A DNA stretch of 64,000 nucleotides from Cyanobacteria bacterium P01_A01_bin.123 (GTDB lineage: Bacteria; Cyanobacteriota; Cyanobacteriia; Phormidesmidales; Phormidesmidaceae): contig JBCBZT010000004.1 in the NCBI GenBank assembly GCA_039815185.1, forward strand, positions 32,001-96,000. Direction: 5' to 3'. Under the pieces are notes generated by a model. That model was not told the origin of the DNA and searched no databases. It saw only the letters and a list, made by a program, of their open reading frames with translations. This document shows, piece by piece, positions 58,053-64,000 of this stretch. Made by a program: the position numbers and the translations under genes. Numbering within the stretch: the stretch's first letter is position 1; each line of letters begins with the position of its first letter.

Positions 58053-59462
58053 TCAAATTGCAGTGGATGCAGCTGCCACGGGTTGCCGTTCTAAAAGCTG
58101 AAGCATGACGCCACCCCGTGGTGCTAGGGTAACGCCGCGCCGTTGAGCCACAACCGATTGCTGTTTGGCCAATTTGAGCTGACAACGGGACAAAATGGTC
58201 GCGATCGCCAGCTTTAATTCATACTGGGCCAGGGCGGCACCGACACAGCGCCGGGTGCCATTGCCAAAGGGCATGAACTCGTAAGGTGAAAAGGTGTGAT
58301 CGATAAACCGTTCGGGTCTAAACTTTGCGGGTTCAGAATATACCGAGCTGTAACGGTGCAGCATATAAATGCAACCCATCAGCAACATCCCAGGTTCCAG
58401 CGCGTAACCCAGCAGGTTAATGGGCTGTTCGACTCGGCGGGGAAAGGTCACAAAGCCGACAGGATTGATACGTAGGGTCTCGTTACAAAAGGCGCTGAGG
58501 TAAGGCAGTTTGACGATTGCCATGGGAGTTGGGTTTGCGCCCAAAGTCGCTCGCTCATCCATCAGTTGGGTGTATACATCAGGTCGTGCATGTGCCCAAT
58601 AAAGCGCCCAGGCTAATGCCGTGGCAGTGGTTTCGTGACCTGCAAACAGCAGGGTGATCAGTTCATCGCGCAGTTCTTCGTCAGTCATCCCAACCCCAGT
58701 CTCATCTCGGGCTGAAATCAGTAAAGAGAGAATATCAGTACGGTGGCCCTTTAGTGTGGAGGACGGATCCTCGTCTGTGAGTTCTGCCCGTCGAGTGCGA
58801 ATTTCGTCATAAAGGAGTCGATCAATTTCGGCTTGCAGTGGCTTAATGTATCCCCCTGGGCTCCAAGGGCCCAAATCGGCTTGTAGCATGGGGAAAAAGA
58901 TCAGCAGTGCAGTTACGGGTGAACTCACTAGGCCCAATCGTTTTGCCATGAGTGTTTCGAGCTGCTTGTAGCGATCGCCCGCGTATAGCCCAAACACGAC
59001 CTGCAAAATCACCCGCATCGAAATCGTTTGCATGGCATCGCGGGCACAAAAAGGCTGGTTCAGCGGCCACTGGTCGATCACCTCATGGGTCAGTTGGCAA
59101 ATCAGCTCACCATAGGATTTCAGCCGCTCTCCGTGGAACGGTGGCATGACGATTTGGCGACGTTTGCGATGGCGATCGCCGTCGATCAACATCATCGAAT
59201 TACGACCCACTACGGATTCGAGCAAAGCATTCGCCTCTCCGGGCGCACTCAGTTCTCGGGTGTCGTGGGAGAGCACAAACTGTATCGCTTCTGGATGACC
59301 CACCAGATAGAGGGGTTGCTTGAGTGCCCCAGAAATGTCACCGCCAAAGAGGTCTCCATAGCGATCTCGGTTTTGGTTGAGGTAGCCAATCGGGTCAAGC
59401 GCCCATCGCAGTTTTTGGGCAATCTTGGGTGAATGAACGAGGGGTGGGGGTTGCATAGGCAT
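58053..59462 (-). CDS. Cytochrome P450 (CYP110-like)
   Basis: AGHETTA I-helix, ETLR, FRPERF and FGNGTRRCVG haem motif. Confidence 0.94.
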   Translation of the reverse strand: MPMQPPPLVHSPKIAQKLRWALDPIGYLNQNRDRYGDLFGGDISGALKQPLYLVGHPEAIQFVLSHDTRELSAPGEANALLESVVGRNSMMLIDGDRHRKRRQIVMPPFHGERLKSYGELICQLTHEVIDQWPLNQPFCARDAMQTISMRVILQVVFGLYAGDRYKQLETLMAKRLGLVSSPVTALLIFFPMLQADLGPWSPGGYIKPLQAEIDRLLYDEIRTRRAELTDEDPSSTLKGHRTDILSLLISARDETGVGMTDEELRDELITLLFAGHETTATALAWALYWAHARPDVYTQLMDERATLGANPTPMAIVKLPYLSAFCNETLRINPVGFVTFPRRVEQPINLLGYALEPGMLLMGCIYMLHRYSSVYSEPAKFRPERFIDHTFSPYEFMPFGNGTRRCVGAALAQYELKLAIATILSRCQLKLAKQQSVVAQRRGVTLAPRGGVMLQLLERQPVAAASTAI

Positions 59463-59474
59463 ATTTCTAGAAAC

Positions 59475-60479
59475 CTATTGATTTACCAACACCTCAACGC
59501 CATCAACAACGCGCTGAACCACGCCAGTGAAAAATTCGAGGTCGAGCGTATCAAGCGTGTCCGTGGGTTGATGGTAATGGGGATTTCGAAAGTTGGCTGT
59601 ATCGGTCACCATGACAGCGCCAATGCCGTTTTGCCAAAACGGGACATGATCGCTCCGCGCCAGGTCTGGCAGCAAATCTGGACTTAGGGGCACGGGTAGG
59701 ATAACAGCTGCGGGTTCTTGGGGGCGATCAACGGATTGAAAGGCAGCCAACAGTTCGGGATGATCGGCATCGCCAATGAAGCCAATAAACGTACCGCGAT
59801 CGCTCGGTGGCGTAATCGGCAACCCTTCAGGATAGGTTTGGCAGCCCGGTTGGTTGCAGGTGTAGCCCACCATGTCTAAAATCACGGCCCCTATCAGGGA
59901 GTCGAGGTTTGCAGATTGATTAGCATGGGCGAAACTGCCCAATAGCCCTGCTTCTTCTAAATCGAAGAAAACCAGCCGCAGCGATCGCGTGGGGGGCTGT
60001 TCTGCATAAATTCTGGCAATTTCTAATAGGGTAGCGACGGCGGTGGCGTTGTCGTCAGCGCCGGGGGAATCTTTCACGGTGTCATAGTGGGCACCGACAA
60101 GCAGGGTTTCTGCGTCCTCTGGCGTATTCGGTTGCTCGGCAATCAGATTGATACCCGCCGCAAAGGGTTCCAGTCGGGTTTGCCAGCCTAAATTTTCCAA
60201 GGTATCGACCAGGTAGGTCCGAGCCCGATCGCGATCGGCGGCTTCAAATCGGGGATAGTCTAGCGCCGTGAGATCTGCCACCAAGCGATCGCGTTCCACC
60301 GTTGGCAGACTTTTGGGAAATTGCCCCGGAGAGGCGATCGCGGCAGTCCCAGTGGGGTGGAGTGCAGAGCGTACTGGTGCAGGGATATCATCGGGTTCGA
60401 GGGCCAGGGTGATTAGGATCAAGGCAGCGATCGCAGATGCTATGATCAGCCCCAATCGTTTTCTGAGTATGCGATTCAT
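59475..60479 (-). CDS. M28 family peptidase, membrane-anchored
   Basis: GAHYD, GADDNA, DLEEAGLLGS, DMVG, RSDH and YHQPTD. Confidence 0.92.
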   Translation of the reverse strand: MNRILRKRLGLIIASAIAALILITLALEPDDIPAPVRSALHPTGTAAIASPGQFPKSLPTVERDRLVADLTALDYPRFEAADRDRARTYLVDTLENLGWQTRLEPFAAGINLIAEQPNTPEDAETLLVGAHYDTVKDSPGADDNATAVATLLEIARIYAEQPPTRSLRLVFFDLEEAGLLGSFAHANQSANLDSLIGAVILDMVGYTCNQPGCQTYPEGLPITPPSDRGTFIGFIGDADHPELLAAFQSVDRPQEPAAVILPVPLSPDLLPDLARSDHVPFWQNGIGAVMVTDTANFRNPHYHQPTDTLDTLDLEFFTGVVQRVVDGVEVLVNQ

Positions 60480-60487
60480 AGTGCTTT

Positions 60488-62071
60488 TTACCCTTCATGA
60501 GCAGCTTCTGGTAAGACCCCCTGCAGCAGCGGGGCCAATTCGTCTTTGAGTTGTCCGGCTCGGATAAATTCGGCATAGGTATCTGATTCAATCGCCAGCA
60601 ATTCTTCCCGCAGTTGCTCGGCGGCAAATTCCCGAATTTCGGGGTGGCGACCCTCTAGTTTAGAAATATTGGTTTGGACTTCTTCTAATTGGCCTTCGAC
60701 TAAAGCGATTTGGTATTCACAAAATTCGAGGTCGATTTCCTGATTTTGCTTCAGTGCGCTTAATCGATCGAGGACTCGATTCAAGGCCACTCGGCGGGCT
60801 ACCAGTTGGCTGTACTCTACACGTAGGGGTTGATCAGTCAGCAGGTCAAGGCTTTCTAACAAGGGTTTAGTGGTGAGCCCCTGCACCAGTAGCGTAAATA
60901 GCATTACCCCGAAGACTACGGCAATGACTTCTTCCCGTTGGGGTAGAACTGCTGGCACACTCAGCGCTAGGGCCACGGATACTGACCCCCGCAATCCACC
61001 CCACCATAGTAACGTTTGCCCATTGAGAGAAATATCTGACTGGGTGAACAAATTACTCAGACTGCTCAAGCCGTAGATGCTAATGGCGCGAGTGAGCAGC
61101 AAAATGCCAATGGCGATCGCAATGGAATCTAAATAGTTGGCTAGATTACTAAACACCACCTGATCGCCAATCAACAAAAACACAATCGAATTGACAAAGA
61201 AGGCCAAAAATTCCCAAAATTCAGACACCACTAGGCGGGTGCGGGGATTCATGCCAATTCGGGAGCCGAAATTGCCCAAAATCAACCCAGTTGTTACCAC
61301 AGCGATTACCCCGGAACCGCCTAATTGCTCGGCGACTAGGTAGGTACCATAGGCTGACACTAGGGTGAGTGATTGCTCCACCAACGGTAAATCAAACCGC
61401 TGGGTCAAAAACGAAATGCCAAAGCCAATCAGCCCACCAATGCTGACGCCAATGCCAACGAACACTAAAAACTGAGCTATCGTCACCGATACGTCAAACT
61501 GATCCACGCCCACCGCGATGCCCAGGAGCAGATTAAAGGCGACCACCGCCACGCCGTCGTTAAATAGACTTTCCCCTTCCATCAGGGTCGTTAGCCGTTT
61601 ATCAACCCCCAACTCGCGAAACAAGGCCACCACCGACACCGGATCAGTCGCCGACAGGCTAGCCCCTACCAGTAACGCTGTCGATAGGGAGGTCACGCCA
61701 AACACACCTAGCCCAAGGACTAAGCCGCCGATACAAATAATTACACCGATAATGGCATAGAGCAAAATGGGCACTGCGTCCCGCTTGAGATTGCTCCACT
61801 TAATATTCCAGGCGGCTTCAAACAGCAGCGGCGGTAAAAAGATAAACAGAATTAATTCAGGCGACAGGTTGATCAACCGCACATCTAGCACAGCTAATCC
61901 CAACCCCACGAGTAGCAGCAGCAGCGTGTAGGGAATATTGCGTAGCCAGCTTACGGCACGGGATAGGGTGGCGACCCCCAAAGACACCGACAGCACCAGC
62001 AAAAACTGCCGTAAATTGTCTTCGATGACGGGATTTTCTAGGGCGGCTTCGACAGCTAACAGCAGGGACAT
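60488..62071 (-). CDS. CPA1/NhaP-type Na+/H+ antiporter
   Basis: FLPPLLFEAA, SATDPVSV, GESLFNDG, GGLRG and a cytoplasmic C-terminal tail. Confidence 0.93.
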   Translation of the reverse strand: MSLLLAVEAALENPVIEDNLRQFLLVLSVSLGVATLSRAVSWLRNIPYTLLLLLVGLGLAVLDVRLINLSPELILFIFLPPLLFEAAWNIKWSNLKRDAVPILLYAIIGVIICIGGLVLGLGVFGVTSLSTALLVGASLSATDPVSVVALFRELGVDKRLTTLMEGESLFNDGVAVVAFNLLLGIAVGVDQFDVSVTIAQFLVFVGIGVSIGGLIGFGISFLTQRFDLPLVEQSLTLVSAYGTYLVAEQLGGSGVIAVVTTGLILGNFGSRIGMNPRTRLVVSEFWEFLAFFVNSIVFLLIGDQVVFSNLANYLDSIAIAIGILLLTRAISIYGLSSLSNLFTQSDISLNGQTLLWWGGLRGSVSVALALSVPAVLPQREEVIAVVFGVMLFTLLVQGLTTKPLLESLDLLTDQPLRVEYSQLVARRVALNRVLDRLSALKQNQEIDLEFCEYQIALVEGQLEEVQTNISKLEGRHPEIREFAAEQLREELLAIESDTYAEFIRAGQLKDELAPLLQGVLPEAAHEG

Positions 62072-62147
62072 AGGGGCGTGAGTATTCAGCTAGAGTTGAC
62101 TTGAGAAGGCGTGAGTCAGGGGGAATTTAAACTAAACAGTGCGGCCA

Positions 62148-63920
62148 TTAACCCGCCTTGCGAATAGTGTCTGCTTGGGAAAGGAGAGACTCAGCAAAGG
62201 CGATCGCTTCTCGATGGGACTGTCCGCCTGCCAGTTGAGCCAGCTCTTGCCGTCGTTCTTCGGGAGTCAGCGGGACTACCCGAACCACCGTGCGGACATC
62301 TTGGGGACTTTCAGGATTTCCAGGGCTGGCCGATTGTTTGGATCTCCGCCCTTTGGCGGGTTTCTCTTCACCGACCACCTGTTTACCCACGTGAAAATGG
62401 GTATCCGCCATGGCAGCTACGATGGGTTGGTGAGTCACACAAAGGACTTGATGCTGCCGTCCCAGGTGGTGCAGCTTTTCAGCGATCGCTTGGGCGACTC
62501 GTCCAGATACGCCGACATCAATTTCATCAAACACCAGTGTGCTAACCGCATCAATTTGCGAAAAACAGGCTTTCAGTGCTAGCAAAAACCGACTCATTTC
62601 CCCCCCGGAAGCGGTTTCCGCTAAGGGTTGCAGCGGCTCCCCTGGGTTAGGGCTAAACAAAAACCGAATTTGGTCAGCCCCCGTTGCACTGGGGGTACTG
62701 GGCTGAATATCCACTTTGAACTGAACCCGTTCCATGGCCAGGGGCTTGAGTTCTTCGACGAGACGAGTTTCTAAACTTTTGGCGGTTCGCTGGCGCTGTT
62801 TTGTTAAGGTTTGGCAAGCGGCTTCTAGGGCTTGCCAGGTGGCTTGAGCTGCGGCTTCTAACGCTTCAATGGATTGCCCATCCCCGTTGAGCACCTCTAG
62901 AGAGGCTTGGATTTCTTCATAGTAGGTCAGTAAGTCGGGCAAGTCTCTACCATACTTACGACACAGCTGTTTGAGTTGGCCCATGCGCTGATCAATGTCC
63001 TGCAACCGCTGGGGATCGGTTTCGACCCCTTCGCCGTAAGCATTGACCAATCGCCCCGCTTCTTCGACTTGAGCAATAGCGTCCCCCACCAGATCCAAAA
63101 TCGACTCCACTTCTGGGTCGTAGCGCAGCATGTCGCTCAGTACCCCCTGGGCTTTACCCAGCAAATCGGCGCAGGCTTCAGCTCCCCCATCATTTTCATA
63201 GAGCACCTGATAAACCTGGTAGCTTTGCTGCTGCAGCTCCACCGCATGACTCAACCGCTGATGCTCTTGCTGCAGTAGGGTCAGCTCGTTGGGGTCTTCT
63301 AGATGGGCAGCACTGAGTTCTTGGCACTGGTATTCGAACAGATCAAGCTGCTGTAGGCGCTGCTGTTCAGCTTGACGACGGCGATCGCGGGCTTTTTGGG
63401 CATCTATTGCGGCACTGTAGGCGATCGCTACCGTTTGCCGCTGTTTATGCAAGGCTTTGCCGCCAAAACCATCGAGCCAGTCGAGTTGCAGGCTGGGGGT
63501 GCCCAACTGCATGGTTTGCCCCTGAGCAGTGATTTCCACTAGCAATCGTCGCAGGTCCTCAATTTGCGGTTTGTTTACTACCACCCCATTTAACCGAGAG
63601 CGGCTACGCACTGATCCCTTGCTGGTAGTGAGCTCCCGAGTGCAGACCAAATGATCAGCAAGGGGAATATCCAGCTTCTGTTCGCTCAGCCAAGCCTGGA
63701 GAGCCCCATTGGTGACAAAGGTCGCCTCCAGCAATGCTTTTTGTTCACCACTGCGAATCAATCGCTGGCTGGCTTTGCCCCCGAGGACTGCATCAATGGC
63801 ATCTAAAATAATTGACTTACCTGCCCCAGTTTCACCCGTCAATACGTTAAGCCCGGTTTTGAGCTGAAGATCGAGCTGATCAATCAAGGCAAAGTTTTCA
63901 ATCCGCAAAGAGATCAGCAT
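62148..63920 (-). CDS. recN: DNA repair protein RecN
   Basis: GETGAGKS, ASGGEMSR, VFDEID and VTHQP. Confidence 0.96.
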   Translation of the reverse strand: MLISLRIENFALIDQLDLQLKTGLNVLTGETGAGKSIILDAIDAVLGGKASQRLIRSGEQKALLEATFVTNGALQAWLSEQKLDIPLADHLVCTRELTTSKGSVRSRSRLNGVVVNKPQIEDLRRLLVEITAQGQTMQLGTPSLQLDWLDGFGGKALHKQRQTVAIAYSAAIDAQKARDRRRQAEQQRLQQLDLFEYQCQELSAAHLEDPNELTLLQQEHQRLSHAVELQQQSYQVYQVLYENDGGAEACADLLGKAQGVLSDMLRYDPEVESILDLVGDAIAQVEEAGRLVNAYGEGVETDPQRLQDIDQRMGQLKQLCRKYGRDLPDLLTYYEEIQASLEVLNGDGQSIEALEAAAQATWQALEAACQTLTKQRQRTAKSLETRLVEELKPLAMERVQFKVDIQPSTPSATGADQIRFLFSPNPGEPLQPLAETASGGEMSRFLLALKACFSQIDAVSTLVFDEIDVGVSGRVAQAIAEKLHHLGRQHQVLCVTHQPIVAAMADTHFHVGKQVVGEEKPAKGRRSKQSASPGNPESPQDVRTVVRVVPLTPEERRQELAQLAGGQSHREAIAFAESLLSQADTIRKAG

Positions 63921-64000
63921 GGCGTCAGCAGTACCCTGGTCACTCGCTGTGTTTGAGTTACTAGCTGCGTCTTAGTCACTAGCAACACTTCAGTCACCGT

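Noticed and set aside
1..64000. Abundant GCGATCGC octamers as a novel repeat
   Set aside because: This is the well-known cyanobacterial HIP1 sequence, used here only as a marker of native versus foreign DNA.

Overview
Chromosomal window of a cyanobacterium: it has frequent HIP1 GCGATCGC octamers, psbA, a Fed2-type ferredoxin and cruE/cruH. Core genes (lepB, hisZ, suhB, tRNA-Ser, two recJ paralogues, cobI, menF, an NhaP-type antiporter, recN) are mixed with accessory material. That material comprises an AT-rich, HIP1-free signalling cluster (18.4-25.8 kb), four tandem secreted PPC-TPR-CHAT protease genes (43.9-55.5 kb), a secreted YHS protein with 16 (D/N)PCAAA repeats, three gene remnants, and a family of 105-bp structured dispersed repeats bounded by TATAGC...GCTATA. 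The standout is an atypical psbA (55708-56805). Its D1 keeps every water-oxidation ligand, but the QB/herbicide-binding loop IFQYASFN (259-266, including Ser264/Phe265) is replaced by an unrelated 13-residue loop. The gene has a near-consensus sigma70 promoter overlapped by three palindromic boxes and is divergent from a TetR regulator. This suggests a small-molecule-inducible D1 with a remodelled QB site, possibly an inhibitor-resistance module. All calls come from reading motifs by eye; no database searches were run.
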